DNA of 64,000 nt from a virus (taxonomy: Duplodnaviria; Caudoviricetes). The stretch spans positions 26,988-90,987 of IMG/VR virus record IMGVR_UViG_3300048502_000185; one strand, given 5' to 3'. Of this stretch, positions 50,400 through 58,279 are shown in pieces (within the stretch, counting starts at the first letter, position 1; each line of letters begins with the position of its first letter). A program made the translations under genes and the position numbers. A model generated the notes under the pieces. That model did not search any database, had not been told where the DNA came from, and saw nothing but the letters and a program-made list of their open reading frames with translations.

Positions 50400-51317
50400 G
50401 GGAAGTCAAGGTTGTTCTTTGAAAATTAATAGTAATCAAGGTGGGTATTTGTAAGTTCCGCGCGGGAAGTGTATGTTTTTTGAGAAAATTATGGGGAATT
50501 GAAAGGGTTTGGGAGAATTGGTATGGATTGTGCAAGGAATGCAAGAAGGATGCCAAGGGGAAAGAATTGAGGGAAAATTGAGGGGGGGGTTTTTTGGTGG
50601 GGTGTTTTGGCGGGATGGTTTTGGGTTGGGGAGAAGGGGGTTGATGGGAGGGCGGACGAATTGGCTCCCCAAATAGGGTAAAATGGTATTGTAATGGTAT
50701 TGGAATAGTATTGGGTAATAGAGTTGGAGTAAGATCAGGATAAGATCCTAATCATGTTTACATCAGTTTTTAAGCAATGTAGATAACCCAATAAGTAATC
50801 GTTATGGCTAATATATAATAGCAATTAGAACTACAATATTCAATAACAAATACATAAGATATTTACTATCCTATTAGACAAAAGTTAGATAATCATCATA
50901 TACCTATAAATAAAGGTAATTAATATATATTTTTTATATAATTTATATGCATAATCTAATATAAATAATTAGATATAAACGGCAAGTTATTCTACTAACA
51001 CTTTCACACAATTTTTAGTGTAAATAATAAGCGAATATAATATCATATAGAACGGATAAAACAAACCAAATATAATCACAAATAATCATAACAGGCATTT
51101 AGAACTTCAAATTACTCATTAGGGCATTATTGAATCTTCATAAAGGGCAATTAGAATAATTTTAGAGTGCGAAAGCACAAAAAACTTGATGATAAAGTCT
51201 GTTTTGGAGCAAAACTAGGATGAAAAACGGGTTTTTGATTTTAGAGCAATTTGAAAAATTAGTAAGATGATTTTTGCGGTTGAGCTAAGGAATTTGACAT
51301 ATGGTCATATATGGTCA
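50400..51317. other. Long non-coding block: G-tract segment followed by very AT-rich segment (candidate origin or domain boundary)
   Basis: No credible ORF; G-runs at 50580-50660; A/T-rich 50700-51250. Confidence 0.45.
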
Positions 51318-51557
51318 TTACCAGAATGCCCTTAATCTCATAAGTTGTTCAAATTGCTTTTGAGTAGTGCAATCTAATTGTATATCATTTATATACCAAT
51401 ATTTAATGCCATCGGCATATTCAACAGCAGGACCATCTTCTCTATGAAGAAGTCCATTTAACCACCAATGTTTACTATCCTGCATGTAGTAATATACGCC
51501 CTCATCAGAATTATATTCTTCTAATTCACCACCATTAGGAAGTTTAGTTATTTTCAT
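51318..51557 (-). CDS. HREDGPA-repeat family protein
   Basis: Repeat plus QLMRLRAFW tag. Confidence 0.88.
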   Translation of the reverse strand: MKITKLPNGGELEEYNSDEGVYYYMQDSKHWWLNGLLHREDGPAVEYADGIKYWYINDIQLDCTTQKQFEQLMRLRAFW

Positions 51558-51560
51558 ATC

Positions 51561-51776
51561 TCACCAAAATGCTTTCAGCCTCATAAGTTGTTCAAATTGC
51601 TTTTGAGTTTTGCAAAGTATCTGTTTATCATTTATATACCAAAACTTATCCCCATTAGACCACTCAATAGCAGGGCCATCTTCTCGATGAAACTTACCAT
51701 TTAATTGCCACCATTTTGTGCCATCAGGCCATTCAAGTAATATACCGCCATTAGGTAATTTGGTTATTTTTATCAT
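51561..51776 (-). CDS. HREDGPA-repeat family protein
   Basis: Repeat plus QLMRLKAFW tag. Confidence 0.88.
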   Translation of the reverse strand: MIKITKLPNGGILLEWPDGTKWWQLNGKFHREDGPAIEWSNGDKFWYINDKQILCKTQKQFEQLMRLKAFW

Positions 51777-52061
51777 TTACCAGAATCCTTTCAACTTTAT
51801 TAATCGTAGGAATTGCTTTTGAGTGGTACAAGATATTAGTTGCCCATTTAACCACCATTCTTTATCGCCACTAATATAGTCTATTGCTGGGCCATCTTCT
51901 CTATGACGATTGCCATTTAGATACCAATATTTATCGCCATTGGCGAGTTCAATTGCATGACCATCTTCACGATGATATTTGCCATTTAGATGCCAAAATT
52001 TGCTACCATTGGTATATTCATAAAATTCGCCACCATTAGATAATTGAGTTATTTTATACAT
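51777..52061 (-). CDS. HREDGPA-repeat family protein
   Basis: Repeats plus RLIKLKGFW tag. Confidence 0.85.
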   Translation of the reverse strand: MYKITQLSNGGEFYEYTNGSKFWHLNGKYHREDGHAIELANGDKYWYLNGNRHREDGPAIDYISGDKEWWLNGQLISCTTQKQFLRLIKLKGFW

Positions 52062-52072
52062 ATTATCACTCC

Positions 52073-52366
52073 TTACCAGAATCCTTTCAACTTCATTAAT
52101 CGTAGGAATTGATCTTGAGAGGTACAAGGTATGTGTATTCCATTTATCCACCATTCTTTGTTACCATTGGGGTAGTCCCTAGCAGGGCCATCTTCCCTAT
52201 GATGATGGCCATTTAACCACCATTCTTTATAACCATCAGACCATTCGCGAGCAGGGGCACCTTCACGATGAAACTTACCATTTAAATACCATTCTTTGTC
52301 ACCATTCCAATATTCATATAATCTTCCACCATTAGGAAGATCAGTTATTTTTGTTTTCTTTTTCAT
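52073..52366 (-). CDS. HREDGPA-repeat family protein
   Basis: Repeats plus RLMKLKGFW tag; three tandem AAGGAACGC copies upstream. Confidence 0.85.
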   Translation of the reverse strand: MKKKTKITDLPNGGRLYEYWNGDKEWYLNGKFHREGAPAREWSDGYKEWWLNGHHHREDGPARDYPNGNKEWWINGIHIPCTSQDQFLRLMKLKGFW

Positions 52367-52392
52367 TGCGTTCCTTGCGTTCCTTGCGTTCC

Positions 52393-52812
52393 TTACCAAA
52401 ATGTTTTCAACTTCATTAGTTGCAAGAATTGTTTTTGAGTAGTGCAAGGTATTCGTTCACCATTTAAATACCAATATTTGGTGCCATCAACAAAGTCTAT
52501 GGCAGGACCGTCTTCTCTATGGAACTGATTATTTAGATACCAAATTTTATCACCATTAGCATATTCAGGGGCAGGACCATCTTCTCTATGAGGAAGACCA
52601 TTGATATACCATCTTGTATCACCACCATGATATATGATAGCTGGGGCCCCTTTTCTATGAATCCGACCATTTAGAAACCAATATTTATCACCATTGGCGT
52701 ATTCTATGGCAGGACCGTCTTCTCTATGGAACTTACCAAACATATAATATTCTTTATGGCCACTTGGATATTCGCGTAATTCCCTATCATATGATAATAT
52801 AGTTGTTTTCAT
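52393..52812 (-). CDS. HREDGPA-repeat family protein
   Basis: Four repeats plus QLMKLKTFW tag. Confidence 0.88.
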   Translation of the reverse strand: MKTTILSYDRELREYPSGHKEYYMFGKFHREDGPAIEYANGDKYWFLNGRIHRKGAPAIIYHGGDTRWYINGLPHREDGPAPEYANGDKIWYLNNQFHREDGPAIDFVDGTKYWYLNGERIPCTTQKQFLQLMKLKTFW

Positions 52813-52819
52813 ATTAGGA

Positions 52820-53032
52820 TCACCAGAATGCCTTTAATCTCATAAGTTGTTCAAATTGCTTTTGGGTTGTGCAAGATAATCGTTCACCATTTAAATACCA
52901 AGATTTATTGCCATTAACACGTTCAATGGCAGGGCCATCTACTCGATGAAGTTGGTCATTTAGATACCACCATTTATCACCATTAATATATTGTATGATT
53001 ATACCACCATTAGGTAATTTTATTACTTTCAT
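52820..53032 (-). CDS. HREDGPA-repeat family protein
   Basis: Repeat plus QLMRLKAFW tag. Confidence 0.88.
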   Translation of the reverse strand: MKVIKLPNGGIIIQYINGDKWWYLNDQLHRVDGPAIERVNGNKSWYLNGERLSCTTQKQFEQLMRLKAFW

Positions 53033-53075
53033 TTTTGATCCTTACCCACTCCGTGGAATCTTCGAAACGAAGATT

Positions 53076-53354
53076 CTACCAAAATGCTTTCAATTTTATT
53101 AACTGTTTAAATTCTTTTTGAGATACATGTTTATCATTTAGCCACCATTCTTTGGTGCCATTAGCATTGTCAATAGCGGGCCCGTCTTCTCGATGACGCT
53201 TACCATTTAGAAGCCAATGTTTTTCACCATTAGCATATTCAATGGCAGGGCCTTCCTCGCGATGACATATACCATTTAAAACCCAAAATTTGTCACCACT
53301 ATCATATTCATATAATTTACCACCATTTGGTAATTTTAAATAAAGTTCAGCCAT
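53076..53354 (-). CDS. HREDGPA-repeat family protein
   Basis: Repeats plus QLIKLKAFW tag. Confidence 0.88.
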   Translation of the reverse strand: MAELYLKLPNGGKLYEYDSGDKFWVLNGICHREEGPAIEYANGEKHWLLNGKRHREDGPAIDNANGTKEWWLNDKHVSQKEFKQLIKLKAFW

Positions 53355-53387
53355 ATTATTATCTCCAATTAATTATTATCGTTGTTT

Positions 53388-53603
53388 TCACCAGAATGCT
53401 TTTAATCTCATAAGTTGTTCGAATTGTTTTTGTGTTGTGCAAGGTAAGAGTTCGCCATTTATACACCATTCTTTATAAGCATTAATCCATTCAACAGCAG
53501 GACCATTTTCTCTATGTAGTTTACCATTTAAGAACCACCATTTATCACCATTAGGATATTCGTGTAATTCTCCACCACTAGATAATTTACTTATTTTAAT
53601 CAT
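53388..53603 (-). CDS. HREDGPA-repeat family protein
   Basis: Repeat plus QLMRLKAFW tag. Confidence 0.88.
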   Translation of the reverse strand: MIKISKLSSGGELHEYPNGDKWWFLNGKLHRENGPAVEWINAYKEWCINGELLPCTTQKQFEQLMRLKAFW

Positions 53604-53608
53604 TTTAT

Positions 53609-53953
53609 TTACCAGAACGCTTTCAATCTCATTAGTCTTTCAAATTCTTCTTGAGTTTTACAAGATATTTGTATGCCATTCATCCACCAAGATTTAACGC
53701 TATAATATTCAGAAGCAGGACCATCTATTCGATGAGGCAAGCCATTTTTATACCAAGCTTTATATCCATTGGCAAGGTCAAGAGCCGGACCATTTTCTCT
53801 ATGTAACCTGCCTTTTATATACCATTCTTTATCGCCGTTATAGCGTTCTATTGCTGGACCGTCTTCTCGATGAAGTAAATTATTTAAACGATAATGCTTG
53901 GTGCCATCGCTAAATTTATATACTTCTGCATTATTGACTAGTTTAGTTATCAT
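53609..53953 (-). CDS. HREDGPA-repeat family protein
   Basis: Three repeats plus RLMRLKAFW tag. Confidence 0.88.
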   Translation of the reverse strand: MITKLVNNAEVYKFSDGTKHYRLNNLLHREDGPAIERYNGDKEWYIKGRLHRENGPALDLANGYKAWYKNGLPHRIDGPASEYYSVKSWWMNGIQISCKTQEEFERLMRLKAFW

Positions 53954-53954
53954 T

Positions 53955-54236
53955 TTACCAGAACGCTTTCAATCTCATTAGTCTTTCAAATTCTTCTTGA
54001 GTGGTGCAAGATAGTCCTTCACCATGTAACCACCATTCTTTATGATTGCTATAATATACAACAGCAGGACCATCTTCTCTATGAAGTTTATTATTAATAT
54101 AATATTCTTTGTCGCCATTAGCATATTCTATGGCAGGACCATCTTCTCTATGATAATTGTTATTTAGATACCATCTTTTAGTGCCATTGCTTTGTTCATA
54201 TAATTCTCCTCCATTAGGTAATTTAGTTATTTTCAT
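53955..54236 (-). CDS. HREDGPA-repeat family protein
   Basis: Repeats plus RLMRLKAFW tag. Confidence 0.88.
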   Translation of the reverse strand: MKITKLPNGGELYEQSNGTKRWYLNNNYHREDGPAIEYANGDKEYYINNKLHREDGPAVVYYSNHKEWWLHGEGLSCTTQEEFERLMRLKAFW

Positions 54237-54239
54237 ATC

Positions 54240-54515
54240 TCACCAGAATGCCCTCAATCTCATAAGTCGTTCAAATTCTTTTTGATTTGTGCAATGTATT
54301 GACCATTTCAGATACCAATATTTATCACCATGGGCATATTCAATGGCAGGGCCATCTGCCCTATGATATTTGCCATCTATACACCAATATTTATCACCAT
54401 TATTATATTCAACGGCAGGACCATCTTCTCTATGTCGTTTATCATTTAGAAAATAATATTTATCACCATTATCTTCATATAATTCACAACCATTAGGTAA
54501 TTTAGTTATTTTCAT
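54240..54515 (-). CDS. HREDGPA-repeat family protein
   Basis: Repeats plus RLMRLRAFW tag. Confidence 0.85.
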   Translation of the reverse strand: MKITKLPNGCELYEDNGDKYYFLNDKRHREDGPAVEYNNGDKYWCIDGKYHRADGPAIEYAHGDKYWYLKWSIHCTNQKEFERLMRLRAFW

Positions 54516-54548
54516 ATTTTCTACCAACGAAGAAAGCGAAACGCTTTC

Positions 54549-54827
54549 TTACCAGAATGCCTTTAATCTCATAAGTCGTTCGAATTCTTTTTGAGTTTTG
54601 CAACGTATTTGTATATTATTTAGATACCAATATTTATCGCCATTAAGAAACTCAACAGCAGGTCCGTCTTCTCTATGATAGTTGCCATTTAGATACCAAA
54701 TTTTAATACCACTTGAATACTCAACGGCAGGACCATCTTCTCTATGAAGATCTCCATTTAAATACCAACATTTAACGCCACCACTTTCGTGTAATTCTCC
54801 ACCATTAGGTAATTTAGTTGTTGTCAT
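54549..54827 (-). CDS. HREDGPA-repeat family protein
   Basis: Repeats plus RLMRLKAFW tag. Confidence 0.88.
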   Translation of the reverse strand: MTTTKLPNGGELHESGGVKCWYLNGDLHREDGPAVEYSSGIKIWYLNGNYHREDGPAVEFLNGDKYWYLNNIQIRCKTQKEFERLMRLKAFW

Positions 54828-54882
54828 TTTTTCCTTTTAGGATGTAGGCTTTGGCTCATTGATGAGAACTCTTGTTTTCATC

Positions 54883-55159
54883 CTACCAGAATGCTTTCAA
54901 TCTCATTAGTCTTTCAAATTCTTTTTGAGTAGTGCAAGGTATATGTTTACCATTTATAATACCACTCTTTATTGCCATAAATATATTCTACAGCAGGACC
55001 ATCTTCTCGATGAAGATTACCATAGAAAAGCCAACATTTGGAACCATTAGGATATTTTAATAAATACCCGCCATTTGGCAATGCAGATGTTATAATTGGG
55101 TTAAAATCGCTTTTCTTAATTTTTGCTATTTTATTGGATACTTTTTTAGTTTTTTTCAT
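54883..55159 (-). pseudogene. HREDGPA-repeat family gene with a frameshift before the tag
   Basis: One extra T in TGGTATTATAAATGG; the other frame reads HIPCTTQKEFERLMRLKAFW*. Confidence 0.7.
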
Positions 55160-55178
55160 TTTTTCTTACTTTATATAT

Positions 55179-55481
55179 TTACCAGAATACTTTCAATCTC
55201 ATAAGTTGTTCAAATTGCTTTTGAGTAGTGCAAGGTATTTGCTGACCATTTATCCACCATTCCTTATAACCACTAAGACATTCAACAGCTGGTCCATCTA
55301 TGCGATGAATTTTATGATTTATATACCACATTTTATTGCCACTAATAAACTCAATTGCGGGACCATCATCACGATGATTTTGATTATTAAGATACCAAAA
55401 CTTATCGCCATTAGAATGTTCTGCCAAAATACCACCATTAGGTAATTTTGTTATTTTGTGTTCAGATAGATAGTTAGACAT
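55179..55481 (-). CDS. HREDGPA-repeat family protein
   Basis: Repeats plus QLMRLKVFW tag. Confidence 0.88.
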   Translation of the reverse strand: MSNYLSEHKITKLPNGGILAEHSNGDKFWYLNNQNHRDDGPAIEFISGNKMWYINHKIHRIDGPAVECLSGYKEWWINGQQIPCTTQKQFEQLMRLKVFW

Positions 55482-55514
55482 TGTTATGGCTTTCTTTAGA
55501 TATTAATTTGTGAA

Positions 55515-56000
55515 ACATATGGTCATTTAGACTGCTTGGTGGTTCAGGGAACATTTGTCCAGCGAGGAACGCCTATGGAATAAATTCTATTGTGGCTGGG
55601 GTAGATTGAGCGTAGGTTTTGGAGCGCGAGGCTATGTTGGGGCGTTTTGAGATTGGCGCGAAGTTAGAATTAGATTGTGGGACAGATCGTGTGTTTGGAG
55701 CTACGGCTGAGCTTGTCAAATATTATTGGACAATTTTTGGAATTATTTTTAATTGCGGGCTGGGTCGGAGCGGGGAAAGGGGGACTATAGGGGGTTTGGG
55801 CGTACCGTCTGCATTGGGTATTATTGGTAGGTTGATCCGTAAGATATTAGAATAAATATTCGTTAAAACCGAGAGGAGATCGAGAAGAGATCTTAGTATT
55901 TTCTTAGTATCTCCAAATTATTTTAGATATCTTTAATTATATCTTATATCTCCATTATATCTTATATCTCCTATATATCTTCTATACAGGGAAACTAAAA
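55515..56000 (-). repeat. Dispersed non-coding element, copy C (inverted)
   Basis: Reverse complement contains AATACTAAGATCTCTTCTCGATCTCCTCTCGGTT, ATCTGTCCCACAATCTAATTCTAA, CAACATAGCC and AATGACCATATG. Confidence 0.75.
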
Positions 56001-56008
56001 AATTGATA

Positions 56009-56351
56009 TTACCAGAACCCTTTCAGTTTTATCAGTTGACTAAACTCTTTTATAGTAGTTATAAGTTTGCCATTTAGCCACCATTCTTTGTTGCCATTAG
56101 CACGTTCAATAGCAGGGCCATCTTCTCTATGGATATGATCATTTAGATACCAATATTTAGTGCCATCAGTAAACTCAACAGCAGGTCCATCTGTTCGATG
56201 ATATTTGCCATTTAGATACCAATATTTATCACCATTAATATATTCAACTGCAGGACCATTTTCTCGATGAAGATGACCATTTAAAAGCCAAAATTTATCG
56301 CCACTAGTATATTCACAATTCGCCACCATTAGGCAATTTAGTTATTTTCAT
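56009..56351 (-). pseudogene. HREDGPA-repeat family gene with a frameshift near the start
   Basis: MKITKLPNGGEL* then continues in another frame to QLIKLKGFW. Confidence 0.7.
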
Positions 56352-56358
56352 TTTTATC

Positions 56359-56712
56359 TCACCAGAATGCTTTCAATCTCATTAGTCGTTCAAATTCTTT
56401 TGAGTTTTGCAAAGTATTTGTATATCATTTAGATACCAATATTTATCACCATTGGCAACTTCAATAGCAGGACCATCTTCTCTATGACGATTTACCATTT
56501 ATATACCAACATTTAAGCCCACTAATAATAGTCACATAGCAGGACCATCTTCTCGATGGAATTTGCCATTTATATACCAATATTTATCACCATTAGTATA
56601 TTCAATTGCTGGACCATCTTCCCTGTGAAGTTTACCATTTAAATACCAGAGTTTATTGCCACTTTTATATTCTTCTATTTGCGCCACCATTAGGTAATTT
56701 AATTATTTTCAT
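56359..56712 (-). pseudogene. HREDGPA-repeat family gene with several single-base insertions (missed by ORF track)
   Basis: MKIIKLPNGG start, repeats and RLMRLKAFW tag recoverable across ~4 indels. Confidence 0.7.
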
Positions 56713-56733
56713 TTTATATTAGTCCTTCGGACT

Positions 56734-57087
56734 TCACAAGAACGCTTTAAGTTTTAATAGTCTTTCAAATTCCTTTTGAGTAGTGCAAGATAAAACCTGT
56801 CCATTCAACCACCATTCTTTAAAACCAGTAGTATATTCAATTGCTGGACCATCTTCCCTATGAAGATTATCATTCACATACCAAAATTTATCGCCATTTA
56901 ACCATAAGATGGCAGGACCATCTATACGATGGCGTTTGTTATTTACCCACCATTCTTTCTTACCATCAAAAGATTCAATCGCAGGTCCATCTATGCGATG
57001 AATATTGCCATCTAAAAACCAATATTTATTGCCGCTAGGATATTCATATAATTCGCCACCATTAGGTAATTTAGTTATTTTTTCCAT
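56734..57087 (-). CDS. HREDGPA-repeat family protein
   Basis: Three repeats plus RLLKLKAFL tag. Confidence 0.85.
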   Translation of the reverse strand: MEKITKLPNGGELYEYPSGNKYWFLDGNIHRIDGPAIESFDGKKEWWVNNKRHRIDGPAILWLNGDKFWYVNDNLHREDGPAIEYTTGFKEWWLNGQVLSCTTQKEFERLLKLKAFL

Positions 57088-57137
57088 TTTTCCTTTCAGT
57101 GATATTACGTGCCTCAAACTTCGAAGGTTTATCATAT

Positions 57138-57473
57138 TCACCAAAACGCCTTAAGTTTCATAAGTTGTAGAAATTGTTCTTGTGATATGTGTATATCATT
57201 TAGATACCAATATTTAGCACCATTAGTATGTTCAAAAGCAGGACCATCTTCTCTATGACGTATCCCATGTATATACCATGCTTTACGATCTGAATATTCA
57301 CCGGCTGGACCATCTTTTCGATGTAATTTGCCATTTAGATACCAATAATTATCACCATTGGCAACTTCAATAGCCGGGCCATCTTCTCGGTGAAGTTGGC
57401 CATTTAGATACCACCATTTATTACCATGAGCCTCATGCAATTCGCCACCATTAGGTAATTTTGTTATTTTCAT
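57138..57473 (-). CDS. HREDGPA-repeat family protein
   Basis: Three repeats plus QLMKLKAFW tag. Confidence 0.88.
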   Translation of the reverse strand: MKITKLPNGGELHEAHGNKWWYLNGQLHREDGPAIEVANGDNYWYLNGKLHRKDGPAGEYSDRKAWYIHGIRHREDGPAFEHTNGAKYWYLNDIHISQEQFLQLMKLKAFW

Positions 57474-57479
57474 TTGTTT

Positions 57480-57899
57480 TTACCAGAATGCTCTCAATCT
57501 CATTAGTCTTTCAAATTCTTTTTGAGTAGTGCAATCTAATTGTATATCATTTATATACCAATATTTAGTGCCATCGGCATATTCAACGGCAGGGCCATCC
57601 TCTCGATGAATTTTATCATTTAGATACCACTGTTTTTCACCATCAGCATATTCAACAGCCGGACCATCTTCTCGATGAAGTCTACCACTTAGATACCAAC
57701 ATTTTTTACCATTAGGATATTCAACAGCAGCACCATCTTCTCGATGAAGTTTACCATTTAGATACCAATAATTATCACAATAATCACCTTCAATAGCAAG
57801 ACCATCTTCACGATGTAATTTACCATTTAGAAGCCAATGTTTCTCACCATCAATAGTTTCTCGTAATTCTCCGCCATTAGGTAATTCAGTTATTTTCAT
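57480..57899 (-). CDS. HREDGPA-repeat family protein
   Basis: Four repeats plus RLMRLRAFW tag. Confidence 0.88.
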   Translation of the reverse strand: MKITELPNGGELRETIDGEKHWLLNGKLHREDGLAIEGDYCDNYWYLNGKLHREDGAAVEYPNGKKCWYLSGRLHREDGPAVEYADGEKQWYLNDKIHREDGPAVEYADGTKYWYINDIQLDCTTQKEFERLMRLRAFW

Positions 57900-57903
57900 A
57901 ATT

Positions 57904-58255
57904 TTACCAGAATGCTTTCAACTTCATAAATCTGTTCAAATTGTTTTTGGTTTTTATAACATATACCATGTATCCACCAAAATTTATCACCATTAGATAT
58001 CTCAACAGCAGGACCATCTTCTCGATGACGAAGACCATTTATATACCAATGTTTATCGCCATTAATATAATCAACAGCAGGTCCATCTTCTCGATGTAGA
58101 CAACCATTTATATACCATAATTTATCACCATTGGCACGGTCAATAGCGGGACCATCTTCTCTATGGTGTTTTCCTTTTAACCAATAGCACTTGGTGCCAT
58201 TACCATATTCTATTAATTCTACACTATTTGATAATTTGATGAAATTTGTATACAT
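57904..58255 (-). CDS. HREDGPA-repeat family protein with a frameshift inside the tag
   Basis: CAGATT-T-ATGAAGTTGAAAGCATTCTGGTAA: removing one T restores QIMKLKAFW*. Confidence 0.75.
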
Positions 58256-58279
58256 ATTTTGGCATTCTTTCTTTAAGGA

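Larger units (their letters stand above)
190..50650 (-). repeat. Dispersed polar motif (T)CCCATCR, = YGATGGG(A) on +
   Basis: Over 110 GATGGG occurrences counted by eye on +, only a handful of CCCATC; many 0-8 nt after minus-strand stop codons. Confidence 0.92.

Noticed and set aside
190-50650. Motif as a calicivirus-type TURBS (UGGGA) reinitiation signal
   Set aside because: The mRNA strand reads UCCCAUC, not UGGGA; it lies after the stop codon; and the system is bacterial (SD sites, sigma54)
14400-50650. Integron or CRISPR array
   Set aside because: No integrase, no attC-type imperfect palindromes with GTTRRRY cores, and no constant 25-45-bp repeat with regular spacers; the repeat is only 6-9 bp and irregularly spaced
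5713-58255. Diversity-generating retroelement acting on the HREDGPA genes
   Set aside because: Post-stop hairpins are suggestive, but there is no reverse transcriptase or template repeat in the window, and variation includes repeat-number changes rather than obvious adenine-only substitution; cannot be excluded elsewhere in the genome
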